Assembly (NCBI GenBank): GCA_036003365.1
Contig: DASYSL010000004.1
Location: forward strand, 1 to 60,695
Direction: 5' to 3'
Origin: Candidatus Eiseniibacteriota bacterium
Lineage (GTDB): Bacteria > Eisenbacteria > RBG-16-71-46 > DASYSL01
DNA: 60,695 nucleotides
This document shows positions 30,511 to 40,224 of this stretch, piece after piece. Each line of letters begins with the position of its first letter. The first letter of the stretch is position 1. Made by a program: the position numbers and the translations under genes. The notes below the pieces were generated by a model. The model saw only the letters and a list, made by a program, of their open reading frames with translations, ran no database searches and had not been told where the DNA came from.

Positions 30511-31680
30511 TCAGTTCGTCCCGATACGGTAGTAGGCGGACGACGCGAAGTTGCGCACGCCCGGATCGCGGTCCGTCTTCATGAGGTGATCGAGCGAGGG
30601 AAGCGCGGCCTGCGCTTCCTTGCCGATGCCACCCAGAGCCTCCGCCGAAAGTCCGCGCACGTCGATGGAGTCGTCGCTCAGCGCGGCGATCAGCGCCTGC
30701 ACGGCGGCGTCCGTCACCGGCCTCACCAAGCCCAGGATCACCACCGCGCCCTTCTTCACCAGCAAGTCCGTCGATTTGGACTGCGTGGCGAGCGCGGGCA
30801 CGCCGCCGTCGAGCGGCAAATGGAAATCCTTGGCGGTGCGTGCCAGCTTGGCGCGCTCGATGCGATCTTCGTGCGTGTTGGTGACGATGGCGAGCACGCC
30901 CTTGCGCACCGAAGCCGAGTCGGGCGCGATCTGCGTGGCCGAAGTGGCGGCCGCGAAGCGCACGCCGGCGTCAGGGTCCTTGAACGCGCGCACGAGGAGG
31001 GGAATGGCGGGCCGCCCCGCGTTGCCCATCTCGGCGAGCATGGTCGCGGTGGCGAGCCGGGTCGGCGTGTCCTTGGAGCGCAGGCCCGCCGCCACGCGCT
31101 GGGCGCGTCCCTGCTCGGGCGCGATTCTGTCGAGCGCTTCCTTGGCGGCCGCGCGCACCTCGGCGACCGAATCGGTGTCGGCGAGCCGCGTCAGGCGCGG
31201 CACCGCCACGAGCGACGCCGCGCCGAAGCCGCCCAGCACGCGCGCGCACGCGGCGCGCACCGAACCCTCGTCATCGAGCAGCGCTCGGTTGAGCGGCACC
31301 ACGCTGGGGCCCGGTGCTCCGATCTTGGCCAGCGCGTCGGCGGCCATGATCTGGGTCTCCATCTCGTCGTAGCCGAGCAGGATGGCCACCGTGCCCGCAG
31401 CGTCCGCCGCGCGCGGACCCATGTTGGCGAACGCCTCAAGGACCGCGTGGCGCACGCTGGCGACCGAGTCGATGAGCGCGTCGGAGAGCTGCGGAATGGC
31501 GGCCGCCGCCTTGGGGCCCAGCGCCGCGAGCTTGGTCGCGGCGTCGGTGCGCACCGCCGGATCCTGATCCTTGAGGCGCAACGCGAGCGCCGATGCACCC
31601 GCCGTGGTCTGGGCGAAGACCATGGCTGGGGAAGCAGCGAGACAGAGAACGAGCAGGACCCAGCGGGCGTGTCGGGGCAT
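30511..31680 (-). CDS. Secreted HEAT/PBS-lyase-type repeat protein
   Basis: Signal peptide (SPAMVFAQ), followed by tandem D..VR..AA.aLg..G repeats along the whole length. Confidence 0.75.
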   Translation of the reverse strand: MPRHARWVLLVLCLAASPAMVFAQTTAGASALALRLKDQDPAVRTDAATKLAALGPKAAAAIPQLSDALIDSVASVRHAVLEAFANMGPRAADAAGTVAILLGYDEMETQIMAADALAKIGAPGPSVVPLNRALLDDEGSVRAACARVLGGFGAASLVAVPRLTRLADTDSVAEVRAAAKEALDRIAPEQGRAQRVAAGLRSKDTPTRLATATMLAEMGNAGRPAIPLLVRAFKDPDAGVRFAAATSATQIAPDSASVRKGVLAIVTNTHEDRIERAKLARTAKDFHLPLDGGVPALATQSKSTDLLVKKGAVVILGLVRPVTDAAVQALIAALSDDSIDVRGLSAEALGGIGKEAQAALPSLDHLMKTDRDPGVRNFASSAYYRIGTN

Positions 31681-31870
31681 CCAAATCCTCGGCGAAGGGC
31701 GGTTCGAGGCGGGGCGAGCCGCCCTTGTTCCCCTCTAGGGTACATGGTTAAATGACCGCGGTTCCAGCACCTCGACCTCCCCGCCGGCTGCCCTGAATTC
31801 GCGGCTTCCCGCGCCCTGTCGGCCCGGCGATCGGCCCCGCGCCGTATTCGAAAGGTAGGACTTCCTTTTC

Positions 31871-33067
31871 ATGGCCACGCAGATCGCGCCCTCCGACCCG
31901 TTGTTGTCGGAAGAGCACTTCCAGGTACGCGAAACCGCGTCCCGATTCGCATCCGAGGTCGTGGCGCCGCGTGCCGCGGCCATCGACCGCTCGGGCGAGT
32001 TCCCGCACGACACGTTCAAGCAGATGGCCGAGCTGGGGTTCCTCGGTTTGCCGTTTCCCGAGGAGTACGGAGGCGCCGGGCTCGACACGCGCGCCAACCT
32101 GATCGGAGTCGAGGAGATCTCGGCGGCCTGCGCGTCGACCGGCATCTCCCTCGCCGCCCACGTCTCGCTCGGCACGGCACCCATCTACTACGCGGGCACC
32201 GAGGAGCAGAAGCGCCGCTTCGTGCCGCGCCTCGCGTCGGGGGAGATCCTGGGAGCTTTCGGGCTCACCGAGCCCAACGCGGGCTCGGACGCCGCCGGCA
32301 CGCAGACCACCGCCGTGCGCGACAACGGCGGCTGGCGCGTGAACGGCACCAAGATCTACATCACCAACGGCTCGGTCGCCGGCGTGGTCGTGTTCACGGC
32401 GCGCACCGACAAGAGCAAGGGCTCGGCCGGCATTTCCGCCTTCGTGGTCGAGAAGGGCACGCCCGGATTCAACGTCGGCAAGCGCGAGGACAAGATGGGC
32501 CTGCGCGCCTCCGACACGGTCGAGCTGCACTTCCAGGATTGCTTCATTCCCGAAGAGAACCTTCTGGGCGGCGAGGGCGCGGGCTTCCGCGAGTTCATGC
32601 GCACGCTGGACGGCGGGCGCATCGGGATCGGCGCCTTGTCGCTCGGCATCGGGCGCGCCGCCTACGAAGCCGCCGTCGCCTATGCCAAGGAACGCAAGCA
32701 GTTCGGCAGACCGATCGGCGAGTTTCAGCTCATCCAGGAGATGCTCGCCGACATGCGCGTGCGCCTGGAGTGCTCGCGTCATCTCGTGTATCACGCGGGA
32801 TGGCTCAAAGATCACGGGCGGCCGTTCGCCATCGAGGCCTCGATGGCCAAGCTCCACGCCTCCGAGACCGCGACCTTCTGCGCCGACCGCTCCGTGCAGA
32901 TCCATGGCGGCATGGGCTACATGCGCGAGCTGCCGGTCGAGCGCTACTACCGTGACGCCAAGCTCATGGAGATCGGCGAGGGCACGACTCAGATCCAGAA
33001 GATCGTCATCGCTCGCGACTGTTTGAGGCAGGCCGGCTATCAGATGAAGGGATTGCGAAATGAATGA
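31871..33067 (+). CDS. Acyl-CoA dehydrogenase (short/branched-chain type)
   Basis: Motifs: [34 protein letters not shown] (catalytic Glu region). Confidence 0.9.
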   Translation: MATQIAPSDPLLSEEHFQVRETASRFASEVVAPRAAAIDRSGEFPHDTFKQMAELGFLGLPFPEEYGGAGLDTRANLIGVEEISAACASTGISLAAHVSLGTAPIYYAGTEEQKRRFVPRLASGEILGAFGLTEPNAGSDAAGTQTTAVRDNGGWRVNGTKIYITNGSVAGVVVFTARTDKSKGSAGISAFVVEKGTPGFNVGKREDKMGLRASDTVELHFQDCFIPEENLLGGEGAGFREFMRTLDGGRIGIGALSLGIGRAAYEAAVAYAKERKQFGRPIGEFQLIQEMLADMRVRLECSRHLVYHAGWLKDHGRPFAIEASMAKLHASETATFCADRSVQIHGGMGYMRELPVERYYRDAKLMEIGEGTTQIQKIVIARDCLRQAGYQMKGLRNE

Positions 33068-34250
33068 CCGTGACGCGGTGATCGTGAGCGGGGCTCGCAC
33101 CCCGATCGGCAAGTTCTTGGGCTCGCTGTCGTCGTTCAAGGCGCCCGAGCTCGGCGGCTTCGCCATCAAGGCGGCCATGGACCGGGCCGGCGTGAAGGCG
33201 GAGGAGCCGGACGAGGTGTTCATGGGCAACGTGGCGCAGGGCGGCGAGGGCCAGGCGCCCGCGCGCCAGGCCATGATCAAGGGCGGGGTCGCGCCCACCG
33301 TGCCGGCCACCACCATCAACAAGGTGTGCGGCTCGGGATTGAAGGCGGTCATGCTGGGGGCACAGGCGATCCGCGCTGGCGACGCCGACATCATCGTTTC
33401 GGGCGGCATGGAGTCGATGTCGAACGTGCCGCACTACCTGTTCACCGGCCGCACCGGCGTGAAGCTCGGCGATCAGAAGCTCGTCGACGGCGTCGTCTTC
33501 GACGGCCTGTGGTGCGCCTTCAACAACGCGCACATGGGGACCCTCGCCGAGTACACGGCGAAGAAGTCGGGCATCTCGCGCCAGATGCAGGACGAGTTCT
33601 CGCTCGCCTCGCACCAGAAGGCGGTGGCCGCGGCCCGGGCCGGCAAGTTCAAGAAGGAGATCGTCTGCGTGCACGTGCCGCAGCGCAAAGGCGACCCCAT
33701 CTGCGTGCAGGAAGACGAGTCGCCGCGCGCCGACACGAGCCTCGAGGCGCTCGGCAAGCTCGCGCCCGCTTTCGAGAAGGAAGGCTCGGTCACCGCCGGC
33801 AATGCGCCCGGCTTGAACGACGGCGGGGCGGCGCTCGTGCTCATGAGTGCCGCGGCGGCCAAGAAGCGCGGCGTGAAGCCCTTGGCGCGCATCACCGCGT
33901 ACGCCAACGGCGCGCTCGAGCCCAAGGATCTGTTCTACGCGCCGGTGGTGGCCGTGGATCGCGTGCTCAAGCAGCTCGGCGCCAAGATCAACGACTTCGA
34001 CTTGATCGAGGTCAACGAAGCCTTCGCCGCGCAGGCGCTCGCCGACGGCAAGGAGCTGGGCTGGGACTGGAACAAGGTCAACGTGAACGGCGGCGCGGTG
34101 GCGCTCGGCCATCCCATCGGCGCGAGCGGGGCGCGCGTGCTCATCACCTTGCTGAACGCGCTCGAAGATCGCGGTGGCAAGACCGGCCTCGCCACTCTGT
34201 GTCTGGGGGGCGGCGGTGCCGTGGCCCTGGCTGTCGAGCGCGTGGCGTGA
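33060..34250 (+). CDS. Acetyl-CoA C-acetyltransferase (thiolase II)
   Basis: Motifs: INKVCGSGLKAV (active-site Cys), NVNGGAVALGHPIGASGARVL, CLGGGGAVA. Confidence 0.95.
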   Translation: MNDRDAVIVSGARTPIGKFLGSLSSFKAPELGGFAIKAAMDRAGVKAEEPDEVFMGNVAQGGEGQAPARQAMIKGGVAPTVPATTINKVCGSGLKAVMLGAQAIRAGDADIIVSGGMESMSNVPHYLFTGRTGVKLGDQKLVDGVVFDGLWCAFNNAHMGTLAEYTAKKSGISRQMQDEFSLASHQKAVAAARAGKFKKEIVCVHVPQRKGDPICVQEDESPRADTSLEALGKLAPAFEKEGSVTAGNAPGLNDGGAALVLMSAAAAKKRGVKPLARITAYANGALEPKDLFYAPVVAVDRVLKQLGAKINDFDLIEVNEAFAAQALADGKELGWDWNKVNVNGGAVALGHPIGASGARVLITLLNALEDRGGKTGLATLCLGGGGAVALAVERVA

Positions 34251-35092
34251 GCCAGGTCGCCGTCGTTGGCGGCGGCACGATGGGCAACGGCATCGCGCAG
34301 GTGTTCGCCACGTCGGGGAAGGATGTCGCTCTCGTCGAGGTCTCGCAGGAGAGGCTCGACGTGGCACTCGGCAACATTGCCAAGAGCCTCGACCGTGTGG
34401 TCAAGAAGGGTGCTTTGGACGAGGCTGGCAAGCGCGCCACGCTCGGTCGCATCCGCGGCGTGACCGCGGTCCAGGAAATCGGCGAACCCGATCTCGTGGT
34501 CGAAGCGGTGATCGAGAGCTTCCCGGCCAAGCGCGACGTCTTCGCCGGACTCGAGGCCGTGTGTCCGCCGCGGACCATCTTCGCCACCAACACGTCGTCC
34601 ATCTCCATCACCGAGCTGGCCGCGACCACCAAGCGCCCCGAGCGCTTCCTCGGCATGCACTTCATGAATCCCGTGCCGGTCATGCCGCTGGTCGAGATCA
34701 TTCGCGGCCTGGCCACGAGCGACGCCACCTATGCCGCCGTGGCCGAGACCGCACAAGGGCTCGGCAAGACGCCGGTCGAGGTCCAGGATTATCCCGGCTT
34801 CGTCTCCAACCGCGTGCTCATGCCCATGATCAACGAGGCGGTCTATTGCCTCATGGAGGGCGTGGCCACGCGTGAGGCGATCGACTCTGTGATGAAGCTC
34901 GGCATGAACCATCCGCTGGGCCCGCTGGCGCTCGCCGATCTGATCGGCCTCGACGTGTGCCTCGCCATTATGAACGTCCTGCACGAAGGCTACGCCGACT
35001 CCAAGTACCGCCCCTGCCCGCTGCTCAAGAAGATGGTGGCGGCGGGCCGCCTCGGCCGTAAATCCGGCCGCGGCTTCTACGAGTACGATTGA
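34247..35092 (+). CDS. hbd: 3-hydroxybutyryl-CoA dehydrogenase
   Basis: GTG 34247 overlaps the thiolase stop (GTGA). Motifs: VAVVGGGTMGNGIAQV, FATNTSSISIT, GMHFMNPVPVMPLVE, GFVSNR. Confidence 0.9.
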   Translation: MSQVAVVGGGTMGNGIAQVFATSGKDVALVEVSQERLDVALGNIAKSLDRVVKKGALDEAGKRATLGRIRGVTAVQEIGEPDLVVEAVIESFPAKRDVFAGLEAVCPPRTIFATNTSSISITELAATTKRPERFLGMHFMNPVPVMPLVEIIRGLATSDATYAAVAETAQGLGKTPVEVQDYPGFVSNRVLMPMINEAVYCLMEGVATREAIDSVMKLGMNHPLGPLALADLIGLDVCLAIMNVLHEGYADSKYRPCPLLKKMVAAGRLGRKSGRGFYEYD

Positions 35093-35123
35093 AGCTCCTC
35101 GCCCTGGTCGACGTCCGCCCCGG

Positions 35124-36266
35124 ATGAACTTCGATCCCACCCCGGAGCAACAAGCGTTTCTCGAAAGTGTGCGCGCCCTCGTGCGCGAGCGCATCGCGCC
35201 GCACGCATTGCGCTGGGACGAGGAAGGGAAATGGCCGGCCGAGGTGCTGCCCGATCTGGCGCGCGCCGGTCTCTTCGGCATCTATGCGCCACGCGAGCAC
35301 GGCGGCCGCGGCCTCGACACGGTGAGCTACGCGCTCGCCATCGAGGAGCTATCGAGCGAGCTGCCGGCGCTCGCCATCGCGCTCTCGGTGAACAATTCGC
35401 TCGTCGCCAATCCCATCGCGCGCTTCGGAACCGTGGAGCAGAAGCAGCGTTTCTTGACGCCGGTCGCTTCCGGCAAGCTGCTCGGCGCCTTCGCGCTGAC
35501 CGAGGCCGAGGCCGGCAGCGACGCCACGCGCCTCAGCGGCCGTGCGCGCCTTGAAGACTCGGGCTACGTCTTGAACGCCGAGAAGGTGATGGTGACGAAC
35601 GGCGGACCGGCGGGATTGTTCCTGGTCGTGGTCGCCACCGAGCCCGAGAAGCTCGGGCGCGGGCTCACCGCTTTCCTGGTGCCGGCCGACGCGCCCGGCG
35701 TGACTCGCGGCGCGCGTGACCAGCTCATGGGCCTGCGCTCGTCCGACGTGCGCACGGTAACGTTCGACAACGTCCGGCTCGGCCCAGAGCATCGGCTCGG
35801 CGAGGAAGGGCGCGGGCTTTCGGTGACCATCGAAGCACTCAACGCCGGACGCGTCGGCGTGGGCGCGCAGGCCGTGGGCATCGGGCGCGGCGCTCTCGAC
35901 CGCGCGGTGCGTCACGCCGGGCGCCGCCGCCAGTTCGGCCAGACGCTCGGGCAGATCGGCCCGGTGCAGCAGATGCTCGCCGCGGCGCACACGGAGATCG
36001 AAGCCGCGCGCATGGCCGTGCTTCACGCGGCGCAGTGCCGCGACCGCGGCGAGTCGTTCTCGGCCGACGCGTCGCGCGCCAAGCTTTCGGCCTCGCAGGC
36101 CGCCGTTCTCGCCGCCTCCACCGCCGTGCAGGTGTTCGGCGGCTGGGGCTATCTCACCGCCACCGGCGTCGAGCGCTTCCATCGCGACGCCAAGGTGACC
36201 GAGCTGTACGAGGGCACGTCCGAGATGCAGCGCATCGTGCTCGCCGGCTCGCTCACGCGCGGATAG
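35124..36266 (+). CDS. Acyl-CoA dehydrogenase
   Basis: Motifs: ALTEAEAGSDA, MVTNG, LYEGTSEMQRIVLA. Confidence 0.9.
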   Translation: MNFDPTPEQQAFLESVRALVRERIAPHALRWDEEGKWPAEVLPDLARAGLFGIYAPREHGGRGLDTVSYALAIEELSSELPALAIALSVNNSLVANPIARFGTVEQKQRFLTPVASGKLLGAFALTEAEAGSDATRLSGRARLEDSGYVLNAEKVMVTNGGPAGLFLVVVATEPEKLGRGLTAFLVPADAPGVTRGARDQLMGLRSSDVRTVTFDNVRLGPEHRLGEEGRGLSVTIEALNAGRVGVGAQAVGIGRGALDRAVRHAGRRRQFGQTLGQIGPVQQMLAAAHTEIEAARMAVLHAAQCRDRGESFSADASRAKLSASQAAVLAASTAVQVFGGWGYLTATGVERFHRDAKVTELYEGTSEMQRIVLAGSLTRG

Positions 36267-36269
36267 CCG

Positions 36270-37481
36270 ATGGACTTCCGGCTCACCGACGACCAGCGCG
36301 AGGTGCAGGACGTGACGCGCCGCTTGGCGCGCACCGAGTTCCTGCCGCAAGCGCCGCGCTGGGACCAGGAGCAGGACGCGTACCCGGCAGAGGCGGTGGC
36401 CAAGCTCGCCGAGCTGGGCTATCTCGGCATGAGCGTGCCGGAGGAATACGGCGGCCTCGGCTACGATGCGGTGTCGTACGTCGTGGTCATCGAGGAGCTG
36501 GCGTACGCTTCGGCCGCGCTCGCCATTCTGGTCGCCGTGCACAACACGGTCGGCGCGTGGCCCATCGTGCGCTTCGGCAGCGAGGCGCAGAAGAAAGCGC
36601 TCCTGCCGCGCCTCGCGGCGGGGGAGGTCGGCTGCTTCTCGTTGTCCGAGCCGGACGCGGGATCCGATGTCGCGAGCCTCACGGCCACCGCGCGCCGCGA
36701 GGGTGACCACTACGTGCTCAACGGCTCCAAGAACTGGGTGACCAACGGCGCGCACGCGTCGATCTTCAACGTGTTCGCCAAGACGGATTCCGCCGCCGGC
36801 GGGCACGGCATCACCGGCTTCGTGGTCGAGGCCGGCACCAGCGGTCTCGATCTCGGAAAGCACGAAGACAAGATGGGACTCCGGTCCTCGGACACGGTGT
36901 CGCTCTCGTTGAGCGATCTGCGCGTGCCCGCTTCGGCCCGCCTGGGCGAAGAAGGCATGGGCATGAAGATCGCTTTGGCCGCGCTGGACGCGGGCCGCAT
37001 CGGCGTCGCCGCGCAGGCCGTGGGTGTGGCGCAGGCAGCCCTCGACCAGGCCGTGGCCTACGCGCGCGTGCGCCGCGCATTTGGTAAACTGCTCTCGGAT
37101 CACGGGCCGGTCCAGACCATGCTCGCCGAGATGGAGCGGCGCATCGTCGGGGCTCGGCTCCTCATGTACCGGGCCGCCTGGCTGCGCGATCAGGGCCGCC
37201 CGTTCACCGAGGCGGCGGCACTCGCCAAGCTCTACGCCACCGAGTCCGCGACGTACGTGACCCACCGCGCCATCCAGGTCCACGGCGGCTACGGATACGT
37301 GAAGGAGTATCCGGTGGAGCGCTTGTACCGCGACGCGCGCGTGTTTGAAATCTACGAAGGCACGAGCGAGATCCAGCGCCTGGTCATCGCGCGCGAGATG
37401 TTGAAGCGCGCGGAGACCATCGAGGCGCCGGCTCGCGAGGCGGTCGCTTCCGCCGATAACGTGGGGAAGCGGCTGGTCTGA
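36270..37481 (+). CDS. Acyl-CoA dehydrogenase
   Basis: Motifs: SLSEPDAGSDVAS, WVTNG, IYEGTSEIQRLVIAR. Confidence 0.9.
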   Translation: MDFRLTDDQREVQDVTRRLARTEFLPQAPRWDQEQDAYPAEAVAKLAELGYLGMSVPEEYGGLGYDAVSYVVVIEELAYASAALAILVAVHNTVGAWPIVRFGSEAQKKALLPRLAAGEVGCFSLSEPDAGSDVASLTATARREGDHYVLNGSKNWVTNGAHASIFNVFAKTDSAAGGHGITGFVVEAGTSGLDLGKHEDKMGLRSSDTVSLSLSDLRVPASARLGEEGMGMKIALAALDAGRIGVAAQAVGVAQAALDQAVAYARVRRAFGKLLSDHGPVQTMLAEMERRIVGARLLMYRAAWLRDQGRPFTEAAALAKLYATESATYVTHRAIQVHGGYGYVKEYPVERLYRDARVFEIYEGTSEIQRLVIAREMLKRAETIEAPAREAVASADNVGKRLV

Positions 37482-37509
37482 CCCGGCGGATCCCATCCAG
37501 GAGGAAGCA

Positions 37510-38649
37510 GTGGCTGCACGCTCGAAAGTCGCCGTTCTCTACACCTCGCCCCGCACCGTCGTCGACGACTACCAGAGGCTCTTCGAGCTCGCCGGGATGA
37601 AGCAGGCGCTGCCCGTGGGGCCGCGCACCTCGCTGCGCATCAACATCTCCTGGCACGTGTACATGCCGGCGTGCTCGACCACGCCGTGGCAGCTCGAGGC
37701 CGTGATCCGCGGCCTCATCGACGCCGGCCACCCGCCGCAAGCGCTGTTCGCCGCGCAGAACCGCACGGTGGTCGTCGACTGCCGCGTGGGCGCCGTGAAC
37801 AACCACTTGCAGCCGGTGCTCGACCGCTACGGCGTCGAGATCCAGTACCTGAACGAGAAGCCCACCGAGTGGGTGGTGTACAACCCGAAGCAGCCGATGC
37901 TCGTGCTGCACGACGTGTTCAAGAAGGGCATCCTGGTGCCGAAGTGCCTGATCGGCTCCAACGTCATCCACATGCCCACCTTGAAGACGCACGTGTTCAC
38001 CACCATGACCGGCGCCATGAAGAACGCGTTCGGCGGCCTCCTGCAGGAGAACCGTCACTGGACGCACTCGGTCATCCACGAGACACTGGTCGACCTCTTG
38101 CAGATCCAGAAGGAGATCCACCCCGGCTTGTTCGCCGTGACCGACGGCACCATCGCCGGCGACGGCCCCGGCCCGCGCGCCATGCGCCCGCACGTCACCA
38201 ATCTGATCTTGGCTTCGGACGACATGGTGTCCATCGATGCCATCGCGGCCAAGCTCATGGGCTTGGATCCCATGTCGATCAAGTTCATCCGCTTGGCGCA
38301 CGAGAAGGGCCTGGGCGTCGGCGATCCGAAGGAGATCGAGCTGGTCGGCGACGACGTGTCGAAGGTGAATCTCAAGTTCTCGCCCTACGAAGACACGCTC
38401 GCGAGCCGCGGCCAGAAACTCATCTATTGGGGGCCGCTCAAGCCTCTGGAGAACATGCTCCTCAGGAGCCCGATCGTGCCCTGGTCGTACGCCGCCTCGC
38501 GCCTCTATCACGACGGCTACTGGTATCCCACCAAGGGCATGCCGCGCGTGAAGAAGATCCTCGCCACCGAGTGGGGCAAGCTCTTCGAGCAGTACGGTCG
38601 CACCGGCACCATCGAGACATCCGAGCCGGCGGAGAGCAAGGTCAGCTAG
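37510..38649 (+). CDS. DUF362 domain protein
   Basis: GTG start. PTLKTHVFTTMTGAMKNAFGGL and VTDGTIAGDGPGP match the DUF362 signature as remembered. No ferredoxin-type CxxCxxC cluster was seen. Confidence 0.65.
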   Translation: MAARSKVAVLYTSPRTVVDDYQRLFELAGMKQALPVGPRTSLRINISWHVYMPACSTTPWQLEAVIRGLIDAGHPPQALFAAQNRTVVVDCRVGAVNNHLQPVLDRYGVEIQYLNEKPTEWVVYNPKQPMLVLHDVFKKGILVPKCLIGSNVIHMPTLKTHVFTTMTGAMKNAFGGLLQENRHWTHSVIHETLVDLLQIQKEIHPGLFAVTDGTIAGDGPGPRAMRPHVTNLILASDDMVSIDAIAAKLMGLDPMSIKFIRLAHEKGLGVGDPKEIELVGDDVSKVNLKFSPYEDTLASRGQKLIYWGPLKPLENMLLRSPIVPWSYAASRLYHDGYWYPTKGMPRVKKILATEWGKLFEQYGRTGTIETSEPAESKVS

Positions 38650-38675
38650 GTCCTAGCAGCTCAGACTTTTCGCGG

Positions 38676-38697
38676 GTGGCCCTTATGATCCCTCTAC
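38676..38697 (+). repeat. Box copy A: GTGGCCCTTATGATCCCTCTAC, followed by a 7-bp-stem hairpin (38696-38713)
   Basis: A direct read of the sequence. It matches copy D at 20 of 22 positions. Confidence 0.65.
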
Positions 38698-38711
38698 GCA
38701 CGTTGCCGTGC

Positions 38712-38733
38712 GTGATGGGTTGATAAGGGCCAC
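38712..38733 (-). repeat. Box copy B (minus strand GTGGCCCTTATCAACCCATCAC), flanking the same hairpin as copy A in inverted orientation
   Basis: A direct read of the sequence. The first 11 nt are identical to copy A. Confidence 0.6.
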
Positions 38734-38801
38734 TTTGTTTTTGGGGAGATCCTGACCCGACTTCCTCCGAGGAGGTCACTCGGCACCAGGCCGCGCGGCC
38801 T

Positions 38802-38823
38802 GTTGAGGGACGATAAGGGCCAC
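38802..38823 (-). repeat. Box copy C (minus strand GTGGCCCTTATCGTCCCTCAAC), followed on its strand by the palindrome AGGCCGCGCGGCCT
   Basis: A direct read of the sequence. It lies 13 nt from the stop of the HAF-repeat gene. Confidence 0.6.
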
Positions 38824-38835
38824 TCGCTCAGAAGA

Positions 38836-40137
38836 TCAGCGCAGGACTTGAACCGTGGTGGTCTTGGCCTCGCCCTCCAGCTGTAAGCGCGCGTAGTAAA
38901 CGCCGGAGCCCACCGCCCGTCCACCGTCGTTCGCCAGATTCCAGGTCAGCTCGTGCATGCCGGCGGGCTGCCATTCGTGCGCCAGGTCGCGCACCAGGCG
39001 GCCGCTGGCGTCGATCAGCCGCAAGGACACGCGGCCGTCGCGCGGCAAGCCGTACGAGAAGCGCACCGACGAGCTCGCCGGATTGGGGAGGGGGCTGGCC
39101 AGCGCCAGCACCGTCGGCAAGGCGGAAGCCGCGGCCGTCGCGCTCGCGCCCGGCTCGAGCAAGTAGGCCCGACGCTGGCCTTGATAGGTTCCCGAGCCCA
39201 CGATCTGGCCCGCGTCGTTCACGCCAGTCGCTTCCTCGAGCACCCAGCCCGAAGCCGCGGGAACGAGATCGTTCAGATCACGCATCGTGCCTTTGCTCCA
39301 CACGAACGCGTGATAGGAAAGAGCGCCGGTCTTGGACGGCACCTGCGCGCGCCCGACCACCGTCGACGCATCGCCGTTCAGCGCGACCGCTTCGCTGGCG
39401 TTCCCGGTCAAAGCGCCGAGGTCGCGCGGCTTGCCGCCGATCCACAGACACGCGTGCAGCCTCTGATTACCCTCGAGGTACGCGTAGCCACAGACGGCGC
39501 CCGCGTCGTTCACCGCGTTGGCCGCGCTGCACGATCCGCCGAGCGTTCCCAAATCGACGAGGCCGGATGGCCCGCCCGCGTACGCGTGGAAAATCCCGCT
39601 CGGCAAGTAGGCGTATCCGACCACCATGTCGTTCGCGTTCACGCCGCGAGCGGCGCTGAACAAGCCTCCCAAAGTCCCCAGATCATGCATCGCTTGCCCG
39701 TCCCACAAGAACGCGTGATGGCGTAGATCCTTGGTATACGAGTCGCCGACGACGTGGCCGCGAGAGTTGATCGCAAAGCTCGCGCTGTGCGCGGCGCCGA
39801 GAGTGCCGATCGCACTGACCTTGTCGGAAGCGAAGAAGGCCTGGAAGTGATCCCTGAAGAACGATCCGCCGGTTTGGCCCGCGTCGTTCACGGCGTAGCC
39901 GATGCTCATGCCGCCGCTCACGCCAATGTCGAACATCTGACCGTCGTGATAGACGAACGCGTGATCCTGCGATTCCTTGGTCAGCGATTCGCCGACGATC
40001 CAGCCCTTGGCGTTGATGCCATGCGCCTGGCTCGTGGGTCCACCCAGCGTGCCGAGATCGACGATGGTGTAGTTCTGCGCGGCGGCCGGCGCGGCGAGAA
40101 ACGCCAGGCAGAGGAGAGGAAGAGCAAGACGCGGCAT
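38836..40137 (-). CDS. Secreted HAF-family extracellular repeat protein with T9SS/FlgD-Ig-like C-terminal domain
   Basis: ATG 40137 was chosen (GGAGG 7 nt upstream, signal peptide LAFLAAPAAAQ). Repeats are of the DLGTLGG...A.GvN..G.VVG......HAFLW type (HAF, HAFLW, HAYA, HACLW, HAFVW). The C-terminal domain reads PNPASSSVRFSY...LIDASGRLVR...GVYYARL. Confidence 0.8.
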   Translation of the reverse strand: MPRLALPLLCLAFLAAPAAAQNYTIVDLGTLGGPTSQAHGINAKGWIVGESLTKESQDHAFVYHDGQMFDIGVSGGMSIGYAVNDAGQTGGSFFRDHFQAFFASDKVSAIGTLGAAHSASFAINSRGHVVGDSYTKDLRHHAFLWDGQAMHDLGTLGGLFSAARGVNANDMVVGYAYLPSGIFHAYAGGPSGLVDLGTLGGSCSAANAVNDAGAVCGYAYLEGNQRLHACLWIGGKPRDLGALTGNASEAVALNGDASTVVGRAQVPSKTGALSYHAFVWSKGTMRDLNDLVPAASGWVLEEATGVNDAGQIVGSGTYQGQRRAYLLEPGASATAAASALPTVLALASPLPNPASSSVRFSYGLPRDGRVSLRLIDASGRLVRDLAHEWQPAGMHELTWNLANDGGRAVGSGVYYARLQLEGEAKTTTVQVLR

Positions 40138-40224
40138 GGGCGACCTCCTCGTTTTTCGCGGCTGAGAGAGCCGTACCCGGGGCGGGCGGCCCATTCAGTC
40201 TAGCAGGGGATGGCGGCGGCTCCG

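Larger units (their letters stand above)
38676..38745 (+). terminator. Long imperfect hairpin plus T-tract after the DUF362 gene (built from inverted box repeats)
   Basis: gtggcccttat...(inner 7-bp hairpin acgcacg-ttgc-cgtgcgt)...ataagggccac is followed by tttgttttt. Confidence 0.6.
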
